The notes under the pieces were generated by a model. That model had not been told where the DNA came from. It ran no database searches and saw only the letters and a program-made list of their open reading frames with translations. Both the position numbers and the translations under genes were made by a program. Positions 41,085 through 49,641 of a stretch of 64,000 bases of DNA are shown here, in pieces. This DNA comes from a bacterium (GTDB taxonomy: Bacteria; UBA8248; JACPRG01; G963555815). Each line of letters starts with the position of its first letter. The stretch's first letter is position 1. The stretch spans positions 288,001 to 352,000 of the forward strand of contig CBDHDG010000004.1 in assembly GCA_965261595.1 (NCBI GenBank). The letters run 5' to 3'.

Positions 41085-41528
41085 ATGAGCCCGACTTTTG
41101 ACCATGTCGGCTTGGCGACGCTGGATCTAGAGCAATCCATCGCGTTTTACCGAGACGTGATGGGCTTCGATTTTTCCAGCCGAAAGCGCCTGAGCGACGG
41201 CCGCGAACAGGCCGTTTTCCTGATCGGAGAGGGGATCCTCGTTCTGTTCCAAAGCCCCTCGGGGAATTACGTGGAAAAGGCCCGGCACGTGCGGTCGGGA
41301 ATGCACCACCTCGCCTTTGCCCTGGAACCGGAGGCATACGACGGGGTGATCGAGCGGTGCGAGACCGCCGGGGTCGCGCTGATGCGTCAGGCGATCAACT
41401 CAGGCGCGCGGGGAAAGGGTCTGGCCACTTACTTTTACGACCCCGACGGGAATGATATCGAGATCAAGAAGTACGACGGGATCCCCGAGGAGTACGAGGG
41501 TTTCACGGCCAAGGGCTACCACCTCTGA
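41085..41528 (+). CDS. VOC / glyoxalase family protein
   Basis: FDHVGL, SIAFYRDVMGF, MHHLAF, YFYDPDGNDIEI; AAGGAG RBS. Confidence 0.88.
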   Translation: MSPTFDHVGLATLDLEQSIAFYRDVMGFDFSSRKRLSDGREQAVFLIGEGILVLFQSPSGNYVEKARHVRSGMHHLAFALEPEAYDGVIERCETAGVALMRQAINSGARGKGLATYFYDPDGNDIEIKKYDGIPEEYEGFTAKGYHL

Positions 41529-41626
41529 GAGGCCAAAACGCGCGCGCGACCTCCGGCCATCCGAAACGGTTGATCCGTCGAGCCCGTTCATGAAAATCGC
41601 GACAGCGCCCTGAACGAGAGTGAGAC

Positions 41627-42958
41627 ATGTCGAAAGCTCTGGACAAGCTCAACGAGCGGCTCACGGCCCACATGGAGGTGATCCTCCGCTGCACGGTCGA
41701 ATCCAAGAAATACGGCCGGCTCCTCCTGGCCTCCCCGCCGGTATCCCGCTATCCGTACGTCTACCCCCGGGACACGAACTGCGCCGTGCAGCTTTTCCGC
41801 CGCCTGGCCGGTTCGGAACGCGGCTACGACGCCGGACCGCGGGCCTTCGAGTTAATGAAATCGATGGCCCACTTCATGAAAGATGTGGTTTCCGAAGACG
41901 GCAACTGGGGTCAGCGATACAGCCTGGAGGGCGAAGACAAAAGCCTTTACAAGCAGGAAGACAACGTCGCCCACGGGGCGGCCATCATCTGCAACTATCT
42001 CCTGACCGCCCACCGCTTGAAACAACCCGTCGACGATCTGCAAAGCCTGCTCGATGCCATCGAAAAGGCCCTGCGCCACGCGCTCCGTGATTTCTACCAG
42101 CCGGAGCTGAACCTGTTTCAGTCCACCACGTCCATCCACGAATCGGCGATGGAAGAAGGTTACACGTGCTGGGTGAACTTCGCGTTCCTGTACGCGTTCT
42201 CGTTGGCGAACGAAGTGGCCGACAAATTCGACCAAGAGGGGCGGATCTCCCGTGATCACCTAAGCTTCCGAAAACACTTTCTGCATTCCGTCAACGAATT
42301 GTTCATGTCCGGGAATCGATACGTCCGGCGCATCGATCCGCAAGGACACATGGACTTCCGGCCGGACTTCACCTTGCTGAGCCCGTTTTACTTCGGTTTT
42401 CTGCATTACCGGAAAGAGATGGAGAAGAGCGTCGACTTCCTGGAGAAACAGTTGTGGGACCCCCAATTCGGGATGATCATGCGCTACCTCCCGTTCCGCC
42501 GGGACTTTACCACCCACGTCCACGCGGGCAACGGCCCCTGGCTGCAATACACGGCCATCCTGGCCCAATTCCACTATTGGAACGGAAACACCGAACGGGG
42601 CGACGGGCTGCTGGCCGCCATCGACGGGTACAGGAATGAAAAAGGCGAGATCCCCGAGCACCTGTCCACCTGCGCCCGGTTCGAGGCGTTCAGGAAAAAC
42701 GAATGGAAGACCGGCCTCGACTTCGACAAGGAATTCGACAAACACATCCTCCTGGACGACGTGGACTTCGACAAGATGCTGGAGGAGACGAACCACATGG
42801 CCGCGGCTTATCGGGAAACGGGAGGCCGGGGCATGTTTCGCGATTCGGTGGAAGCGGAGGGGGGCTACATCCAGTTCGCCACGCCCCTGATGTGGTCGCA
42901 TGTCGAGTACGCCCGCGCCCTCCTGGTCCGGGACAAAGACTGGTGGAAGGTCGCCTGA
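41627..42958 (+). CDS. Glycoside hydrolase family 15-like (alpha/alpha)6 protein
   Basis: YPYVYPRD, QEDN, SIHE, GEIPEH, ATPLMWSHVEY resemble GH15 motifs (YxWxRD, QxD, WEE, LPEQ, PLxWSHA). Confidence 0.7.
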   Translation: MSKALDKLNERLTAHMEVILRCTVESKKYGRLLLASPPVSRYPYVYPRDTNCAVQLFRRLAGSERGYDAGPRAFELMKSMAHFMKDVVSEDGNWGQRYSLEGEDKSLYKQEDNVAHGAAIICNYLLTAHRLKQPVDDLQSLLDAIEKALRHALRDFYQPELNLFQSTTSIHESAMEEGYTCWVNFAFLYAFSLANEVADKFDQEGRISRDHLSFRKHFLHSVNELFMSGNRYVRRIDPQGHMDFRPDFTLLSPFYFGFLHYRKEMEKSVDFLEKQLWDPQFGMIMRYLPFRRDFTTHVHAGNGPWLQYTAILAQFHYWNGNTERGDGLLAAIDGYRNEKGEIPEHLSTCARFEAFRKNEWKTGLDFDKEFDKHILLDDVDFDKMLEETNHMAAAYRETGGRGMFRDSVEAEGGYIQFATPLMWSHVEYARALLVRDKDWWKVA

Positions 42959-43015
42959 CACCCTGGATTTCCTACAACGAAGCGGCTTGGCCGACGATCC
43001 ACGCGTCCATCATTC

Positions 43016-43045
43016 TTGACCGCCTATGCGGCCCTACGCTAAATT
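43016..43045 (+). promoter_or_regulatory. Candidate sigma70 promoter for the grd-like operon
   Basis: TTGACC - 18 nt - TAAATT, 200 nt before the grdE-like start. Confidence 0.4.
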
Positions 43046-43155
43046 GCTCCATTGGCGGACCGCGCCCCGGACATTGTCCCGGCACCATGACGCGCGCGCG
43101 GAAACCCGCCAAAATGATGAAGTGGAAATCCTTGGAATCCCACGGTTCTTGTCCC

Positions 43156-43215
43156 GCCCCCCAGGGTGGACCTCCTCGGGGGGGAGTCCCTCGGGGCGGA
43201 GCCTCCCCGGGCGGA
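43156..43215 (+). repeat. Four imperfect 15-nt tandem repeats, each ending in GGA, in the grdE-like leader
   Basis: gccccccagggtgga / cctcctcggggggga / gtccctcggggcgga / gcctccccgggcgga. Confidence 0.65.
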
Positions 43216-43244
43216 CGCACCGAACGGTGAAAGCGGAGATTGCC

Positions 43245-44507
43245 GTGAAGCTGACGCTGAATTCCTTCCCGGTCGATGAAATCAAGGATTCCCGAAAAAC
43301 GGCCCTCGACGGCCACCGATTGCTGGTGAACCGGCAGGAGATGCGCGACCTCCTCCTCGAGGATGAGCGGCTCATCTCCGCGGAGATCGACTTCGCTCAT
43401 CCGGGCGAGTCCTGCCGGATCATCAACATCCTCGACATCTTCGATCCCCGTATCAAAGCCGAGGGCGAAACCTTTTGCGGAATCCTCGGCCCCGCGAAGC
43501 TCGCCGGAAGCGGGACGACGAACGTCCTGATGGGAATGAGCATCGTGACGTGCGGCCCGTTGGACGGGGCGGAGGACGCCTTCCTGGACATGACCGGTCC
43601 TTGCGCGGAGCTCAGCCCGTTCGCGGGTCTCGAAACGGTGGTCGTGCGCCTGACGCCCGCCCCCGGCCTGGACCGGGGCGGTTTCGCGAGGGCGGCGGTC
43701 GAGGCGGGCGTAAGGGCCTCCGGCTACCTGGGAGAAACCACACGGTCCGGGACGCCCGGGGGCTCGGAGCGCTTCGAGCAGACTTCGCTGTCCGGATCTA
43801 ACGGGCGCGACGATTCCCTTCCCAGGATCGCGTACATCTATCCCATTTACTCTCAGGGCGACGCCCGGGACATGCTCCTTTACGGGAGAAACACGCGCGA
43901 CCTGATCCCGACGCTCATCCACCCCAACGAGGTGATGGACGGGGCCGTTGTCTGGGCGGGGTTCTGCCGGCCCGCCAAGAATGTGACCTACAACCATCTG
44001 AACCACGGCGTCATCCGGACGCTCTACGAGGCTCACGGGCGCTCCATCTCCTTTGCGGGCGTCATCGTGACGAACCACCCCAAGCTGTTCTCCGACAAGG
44101 TCCTCTACGCGGAGATGATGGCCCGTTTCGCGGCCGACATCCTCGCCGCGGACGGGGTCATCGTCACGAAGGATTCCGGCGGCCAGGCGGACCCCGACTT
44201 GATGCAGATCTGCGAGAAGTGCGAGGAGCGGGGCGTGAAGACCACCCTTCTGACCATGGAAGCGGCCGGCGACGGCGGCTCTTCGGCGGGCGCGCTGGTG
44301 GACGCAAGCCCCCGGGCCGACGCCATCGTCGCCGTCGGAAATACCGTCGAGGAGGTCCGACTCCCCCGGATGGAGCGCATCCTAGGGGGCGACCGCCTCA
44401 AGGACTTTGAACAGGACCCGCGCGATCCCGTCGAGGTCTGTTTCAACAAGGTCCCCGGCGCCATCAGTCTGTTCGGCGACAACCGTCTCGCCGCTCTGGA
44501 GATCTAA
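43245..44507 (+). CDS. grdE: Glycine/sarcosine/betaine reductase component B proprotein (GrdE/GrdG/GrdI family)
   Basis: EDERLISAEIDFAHPGESCRI, PTLIHPNEVMDGAVV, KNVTY, ADGVIVTKD, ADAIVAVGN; GTG start with GGAGA RBS, 420 aa; exact paralog type uncertain. Confidence 0.85.
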   Translation: MKLTLNSFPVDEIKDSRKTALDGHRLLVNRQEMRDLLLEDERLISAEIDFAHPGESCRIINILDIFDPRIKAEGETFCGILGPAKLAGSGTTNVLMGMSIVTCGPLDGAEDAFLDMTGPCAELSPFAGLETVVVRLTPAPGLDRGGFARAAVEAGVRASGYLGETTRSGTPGGSERFEQTSLSGSNGRDDSLPRIAYIYPIYSQGDARDMLLYGRNTRDLIPTLIHPNEVMDGAVVWAGFCRPAKNVTYNHLNHGVIRTLYEAHGRSISFAGVIVTNHPKLFSDKVLYAEMMARFAADILAADGVIVTKDSGGQADPDLMQICEKCEERGVKTTLLTMEAAGDGGSSAGALVDASPRADAIVAVGNTVEEVRLPRMERILGGDRLKDFEQDPRDPVEVCFNKVPGAISLFGDNRLAALEI

Positions 44508-44529
44508 AGATTTTTTCGGAGGCCCGGCC

Positions 44530-45834
44530 ATGGCCGCCCCATACCGCGTGGTCCATTACCTGAATCAGTTTTTCTTCGGCCTCGGCGGCGAAGAGAAGGC
44601 ATCCATCGAGCCGACCGCGAAAGCGGGTCCCCTCGGTCCCGGCCGGCCCTTGCAGGAAGCGCTGGGCGGCGAAGCGGAGATCGTCAAAACCGTCACGTGC
44701 GGGGACAACTTTTTCGCCGAGCGCGCCGAGGAGGCATCGGATCGGCTCCTGGATCTCATCGAGGAGTCGCGGCCCCACCTCCTCCTGGCCGGGCCCGCCT
44801 TCGACGCCGGCCGCTACGGCCTGGCGTGCGGCCACTTGTGCCGAAAAGCCGGCGCGACCCTGAACATCCCCGCCATCACCGCTCTGGCGCCCGGAAACCC
44901 GGGCATCGAGCATAGCAAGGACGTCTACATCCTCTCCACCTCGAACAGCGTCCGCGGGATGAACCCGGCCCTCCAAGACATGGCCCGCCTCGGTCTCAAG
45001 CTGATGCGGGGAGAACCCCTGCGTTCCGCCCGCGAGGAAGGATATCTTCCAAGGGGGTTCCGGAAAAATTTCCGCGTCGAGAAGCGCGGAGCGGATCGGG
45101 CGCTCGACATGATCCTGGCCAAGGTCCGGGGGCGGGCTTTCGAGACCGAGCTCATCCTGCCCAAGTTCGACGGGGTCCCCCCGGCCCCGCCCGTCAAGGA
45201 CCTGGAATCCGCCAAAATCGCCCTGGTCACCACGGAAGGACTGGTCCCCAAAGGCAACCCCGACCGGATGGACTCGACCCGGGCCGACCGTTACGCCAAA
45301 TACCGTATCGAGGACCTTGACGCCCTCGACGCCTCGGCCTTTGAATTCCACCACGGGGGATTCTCCACCGCGGACGTCAATAACGACCCCCACCGGGCCG
45401 TTCCCCTGGACGTCCTCCGGGAGATGGAGCGCGAGGGCCGGATCGGCAAGCTCTTCGGCGACATCTACAGCTTTGCCGGATGCAGCACGTACTACGAAAC
45501 GGCCGCCGGGATGGGGCGCGAGATCGCCCGGGAGCTGAAGGGACGCGGCGTGAACGCCGTCCTCATCCTCTCATCCTGAGGGACGTGCACCCGCTGCGGG
45601 TCAGCGGTCGCGAAGGAGATGGACAGAGAGGGCGTTCCGGCGGCGCTGATCACCACCTTGATCTCGGTCGCCAAAAACGTGGGCGCGAACCGAATCGTTC
45701 CCGGCGCCGGCGTCCCCCACGTAACCGGAAATCCGGACCTGGGACCGGAGGGCGAGCGAGCGCTTCGCGCCGCGCTCGTCGAGCGGGCCCTGACGGCCCT
45801 CACCACCCCGCTGGAAGAGCAGCGGGTGTTCTGA
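44530..45834 (+). CDS. grdB: Reductase component B selenoprotein (GrdB/F/H family); UGA 45577-45579 = Sec350
   Basis: VVHYLNQFFFGLGGEEKA, CGDNFF, GPAFDAGRYG, GLVPKGNPD; frame continues through TGA as ILSS-U-GTCTRCG, the UxxCxxC motif; 434 aa. Confidence 0.93.
45591..45607 (+). promoter_or_regulatory. Putative bacterial SECIS hairpin for the grdB-like UGA
   Basis: ccgctg-CGGGT-cagcgg; 17 nt between UGA and loop, G at loop position 2. Confidence 0.65.
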
Positions 45835-45930
45835 ACATTCGGCGGCGGGACCGCCCCTTCGAGATTCGGCGGCGGCATCCGGCTAAGGCCAGCCCGGCGG
45901 TTTTCGGGCGATGATTCGAGAGGAGGATCC

Positions 45931-46395
45931 ATGCTCAAAGGAAAAAAGGTGATCGCCCTGGGCGAACGGGACGGCGTGCCGGGCGACGTCGTTGCCGAGT
46001 GCGCCGAGGCGGCGGGTGCCCAGGTTGTCCTTCAGATGACCGAGTGCTTCGTCTGAACATCGGCCGGCGCCATGGACATGGAGCGTCAGGGCGATATCCG
46101 ATCCATCGTCGAAGAGCGCAGCCGGGAAGACCTCATCGTCGTTCTCGGCGCGACAGACGTGGATTTCCTGTCGCTGGCGGCGGAGACGGTCGTCTCCGGC
46201 GACCCCAGCTATGCCGGTCCATTGGCGGGAGTCTCGTTGGGACTCCCTGTGTACCACATTCTGGAGCCCGGGCTTCGCGCGGAGATCCCCGCGCCGCTCT
46301 ATCAGGAGAAGCTTGAGCTCGTCTCGATGGTCGCCGACCTGCCCGGAATCGGCCGGGCGTTGGAGAAGTTTCGCGCGGCGCCCACGGGAGATTGA
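45931..46395 (+). CDS. grdA: Reductase selenoprotein A; UGA 46054-46056 = Sec42
   Basis: GAGGAGG RBS, MLKGKKVIALGERDGVPG ... TECFV-U-TSAGAMD (CxxU) ... ETVVSGDPSYAGPLAGVSLGLPVYHILEP; 154 aa; the N-terminal half is missing from the ORF track. Confidence 0.95.
46066..46087 (+). promoter_or_regulatory. Putative bacterial SECIS hairpin for the grdA UGA
   Basis: ggcgccat-GGAC-atgg(ag)cgtc; 17 nt between UGA and a loop starting GG. Confidence 0.6.
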
Positions 46396-46455
46396 CACCC
46401 GGACGGCCGTGGCGCGGCCCCCGGCGGCCTCACGCCTGCTGACCCACGGAGGATC

Positions 46456-47838
46456 ATGCGAAAGGCGACGATTTCGGCCTCAACGTGCGTTCTCGCGCAC
46501 ACGCCCGCGCTCGTTCGGTACGGCTCGAAGCCCTTCCGGGAGAGCCGGCGCGACGGCGGCTTCCTGCCGGCCCTCGAAGCCCGGATCCGGTCCTTCGAGG
46601 CGGCCGCCGCCTACCCGCCCAACCAGGTGTTTATCGGGAACCTCCCCCCCCAAGCCCTGCGGGACATCGATCCTCCTTGGTATGAACATCGGTCACCGGG
46701 GGCGGAACGAACGTCGCCCACGGGTGAGATCATCCCGGAGGACCGTTTCCTCGCCCTCCTCAACTCAGCCGACGCGTTCGGCCTCATCGACCTGTCTGAG
46801 GATTTTTGCCGAACGATAGGGCTGGAGGGCGCCGGCTCATCGCGCGACTTCTCGGGCCTGGGGAGCGCGGACGCCGAGCTGCCCCTGTTCTTCGAGGGTG
46901 AGGCCGTGGGGCGAATCCGATCGGACCATGAAGAAGACGATTCCCTCAAGGCGGCCGTTCTGCTCGAAAACCTGGCAGCGAAGGCCTCGGCCTTTCAGGC
47001 GCTGGAGCTGCTGCTGGCTCACCCCGGCGTTCCCGGCCGCGATTCGCTGGATTTCATCATCGGCTGTTCGGAGGAAGCCGTCGGCGACCGCTACCAACGG
47101 GGCGGCGGGAACCTCGCCAAGGCTGTCGGCGAGATGGCCGGACTCGCCCAGGCCGGCGGAGCGGACGTCAAGAACTTCTGCGCCGGCCCCCTTCAGGCGC
47201 TCATCTTCGCGGGCAGCCTCGTGGCGTCCGGGGTGTTCGACCACGTGGCCGTCGTCGGCGGGGGTTCCCTTCCCAAGCTGGGGATGAAGGCGTCCGCCCA
47301 CCTGGAGCGCGACATGCCGATCCTGGAGGACGTCCTGGCCGGCTTCGCCGCATGGGTGTCGGCGGACGGAGAAGGCCCCCGGATCCGATTGGATGGAACG
47401 GGCTTTCACCGGATCGGCGCCGGAAACGCCCAACAGGCCATTCTCGAATCCCTCGTGGCCGAGCCCCTCGGGCGCCTCGGCCTGCGCATCACCGACGTCC
47501 CCGTGTACGCGACCGAGCTCCACAATCCCGAGATCACCGTCCCCGCCGGCGGCGGCGACGTTCCCCGGACGAACTACAGGTTCATCGGGGCGCTGGCCGC
47601 CCTTCGCGGGGAGATCGACCGCTCGGAGATCGACCGCTTCGCCGACGACCACGGGCTGCCGGGGTTCTCCCCCTCGCAAGGGCACATTGCCTCCGCCGTG
47701 CCGGCCCTCCCCCACGTCCTTCGGCGGTTCACGGAGGACGGTCTCGACCGGGCGTTCTTTCTCGCGAAGGGGAGCCTCTTTCTCGGCCGGATGACCCGGC
47801 TTTCAGACGGGGTTTCTTTCCTGCTTGACGCCGGTTGA
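46456..47838 (+). CDS. grdC: Glycine/sarcosine/betaine reductase component C beta subunit
   Basis: YPPNQVFIGN, LLENLAAKAS, CSEEAVGDRYQRGGGNLAKA, FCAGP, TELHNPEIT, PSQGHI, KGSLFLGRMT. Confidence 0.92.
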   Translation: MRKATISASTCVLAHTPALVRYGSKPFRESRRDGGFLPALEARIRSFEAAAAYPPNQVFIGNLPPQALRDIDPPWYEHRSPGAERTSPTGEIIPEDRFLALLNSADAFGLIDLSEDFCRTIGLEGAGSSRDFSGLGSADAELPLFFEGEAVGRIRSDHEEDDSLKAAVLLENLAAKASAFQALELLLAHPGVPGRDSLDFIIGCSEEAVGDRYQRGGGNLAKAVGEMAGLAQAGGADVKNFCAGPLQALIFAGSLVASGVFDHVAVVGGGSLPKLGMKASAHLERDMPILEDVLAGFAAWVSADGEGPRIRLDGTGFHRIGAGNAQQAILESLVAEPLGRLGLRITDVPVYATELHNPEITVPAGGGDVPRTNYRFIGALAALRGEIDRSEIDRFADDHGLPGFSPSQGHIASAVPALPHVLRRFTEDGLDRAFFLAKGSLFLGRMTRLSDGVSFLLDAG

Positions 47839-47924
47839 GGGCCGATCGGCGGGAGGGGCGGCCGGAAACCGGTCCCTTCTCATCGGGCGGACTCCAAGCG
47901 CAACCGGAGAGACCGCCCGAAGAA

Positions 47925-47953
47925 ATGACACGTCAACGACAAACTGCTACCAT
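47925..47953 (+). promoter_or_regulatory. Sigma70-type promoter with extended -10 for the Rieske/amidohydrolase pair
   Basis: ATGACA - 17 nt - TACCAT preceded by TGn; TGAC-AC-GTCA dyad overlaps the -35. Confidence 0.55.
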
Positions 47954-47995
47954 CGACACGAGTGGACTGAAGAAACAGATTGGGGAGAAGCAAAC

Positions 47996-48361
47996 GTGCC
48001 GGGGTTGTATGTGGGAAACGTGGAGGAGTTCGAAGAGCGCGGGTGCAAGATCATCGGCCAGGGGGACATCGAGATCGGCGTGTTCCGGGTCGGGGAGGAA
48101 TATTACGCCTACCGAAATGTCTGCCCCCACCAAGGCGGCCCGGTCTGCCAGGGGCGGATCCTGGGCAAGGTGGAACAAAGCCTAGCCGAGGACAAAACAA
48201 GCCGGGGGCTGAGGTTCTCGAACGATCACATCCACATCATCTGCCCCTGGCACGGTTATGAGTTCGATCTCCAAACCGGGGTTCATCCGGGGGACCATCG
48301 CGTCCGCCTGGTCGGTTATCCGATAGAACGCCGCGGAAATGAAATCTACGTCGTCGTGTGA
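47996..48361 (+). CDS. Rieske [2Fe-2S] ferredoxin
   Basis: NVCPHQGGP and ICPWHGYEFDL; GTG start with GGGGAGA RBS. Confidence 0.92.
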   Translation: MPGLYVGNVEEFEERGCKIIGQGDIEIGVFRVGEEYYAYRNVCPHQGGPVCQGRILGKVEQSLAEDKTSRGLRFSNDHIHIICPWHGYEFDLQTGVHPGDHRVRLVGYPIERRGNEIYVVV

Positions 48362-48393
48362 CGCGCTCCTCACACAGGAGGGGAGAATGACAG

Positions 48394-49641
48394 ATGAGTG
48401 ATCCTCAGACGGAGCAGGTGGCGGAAAAAATCCGGGAGTTGGAGCGAATCGGCGATCAGACCGACACGCGCGAAATCCTGGCCCTGGCGAAGAAGCAGGC
48501 CATCGAGAGGAAATACGAAGACTACGTGATCGTGGACGCCGACTGCCACCACATGGAAACCGCGTCCTGGAAGAATATCCTCCAGTACGTCGAAGACCCG
48601 GTCATCCGCCAACAGGCCCTGGACTTCCAGGCCCGGGTCGCGTCTCCCCATTACGGCCTGATCGATCCGCTCGCCTACCACCAGGACGCGGGCGGACGCA
48701 TCCGGCACCAGCGCCACCAAGGCTGGAGCGAGTCCGGCGAAGACGCGGGCGTTCATCGCGACATCGTCCAGATCCGTCGCTCGCTGGAGTGCCTCGGGAT
48801 CGACTATTCGGTGCTCTTTCCGACAAGAATGCTGGCCCTGGGGATGAACCCGCAGATCGAGATGGAAGTCCTGATGGGCCGGGCCTACAACCACTGGATG
48901 GTCGATCAGGTGCTGCCGGGCGACGACCGGATTAAGTCGCTCCTCTATCTGCCCTTCAGCGCGCCGGACGCGGCGTTGCGCACGATCGAGGAGTTCTCCG
49001 ACAAACCCGGCGTGATCGGCTTCCTGGTCACGAGCGTCCGGAACATTCCGGTTCACGACGACCGGTACATGAAGATTTACGCCGCCCTCGAGGAGCGCGG
49101 GCTTCCCCTCGCCTTCCACGGCGGTTACTCCTGGCACGACCCGAGCATGGCCCAATTCGACCGGTTCATCGGGGTGCACGCCATGGGCTTCGTGTTCTGG
49201 CCCATGGTCCACCTGATCAACTGGGTGATCCACGGAATCCCCGAACGGTTTCCGAACCTCGACATCATTTGGCTCGAGGCCGGTCTGGCCTGGGCGATCT
49301 TCCTGATGGAGCGCCTGGACGGCGAGTACATGAAGCGCATCTCCGAGGCGCCGCTGCTGAAAAAGAAGCCGAGCGAGTACATCCGGGAGATGCACTTCAC
49401 CACCCAGCCCCTCGAAATGGATAACCTCAAGGCGCTGGAGCTGAACTTCGAGATGCTCAACGCCGAGACGCAGGTCCTGTACGCCTCGGACTGGCCGCAC
49501 TGGGATTTCGACCTCCCCAGCACGATATTCGATCTGCCCTTCCTCAGCGATCAGGCCAGACGGAACATCCTGGGCGAGACCGCGATGAAGCTGTTCAAAC
49601 TGGAGAAGCCGCGCAAAAAGATCATTCCCGCCGACAATTAG
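48394..49641 (+). CDS. Amidohydrolase_2-fold protein, candidate dinuclear-metal oxygenase
   Basis: VDADCHHME, AFHG, LEAG, FTTQPLE, ASDWPHWDFD; directly follows the Rieske ferredoxin. Confidence 0.8.
   Translation: MSDPQTEQVAEKIRELERIGDQTDTREILALAKKQAIERKYEDYVIVDADCHHMETASWKNILQYVEDPVIRQQALDFQARVASPHYGLIDPLAYHQDAGGRIRHQRHQGWSESGEDAGVHRDIVQIRRSLECLGIDYSVLFPTRMLALGMNPQIEMEVLMGRAYNHWMVDQVLPGDDRIKSLLYLPFSAPDAALRTIEEFSDKPGVIGFLVTSVRNIPVHDDRYMKIYAALEERGLPLAFHGGYSWHDPSMAQFDRFIGVHAMGFVFWPMVHLINWVIHGIPERFPNLDIIWLEAGLAWAIFLMERLDGEYMKRISEAPLLKKKPSEYIREMHFTTQPLEMDNLKALELNFEMLNAETQVLYASDWPHWDFDLPSTIFDLPFLSDQARRNILGETAMKLFKLEKPRKKIIPADN

Noticed and set aside
47906..47922. GGAGAGA...CCGAAG as a glycine riboswitch
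   Set aside because: No intervening stems or CUCUCAGG element, and it lies downstream of the grd genes
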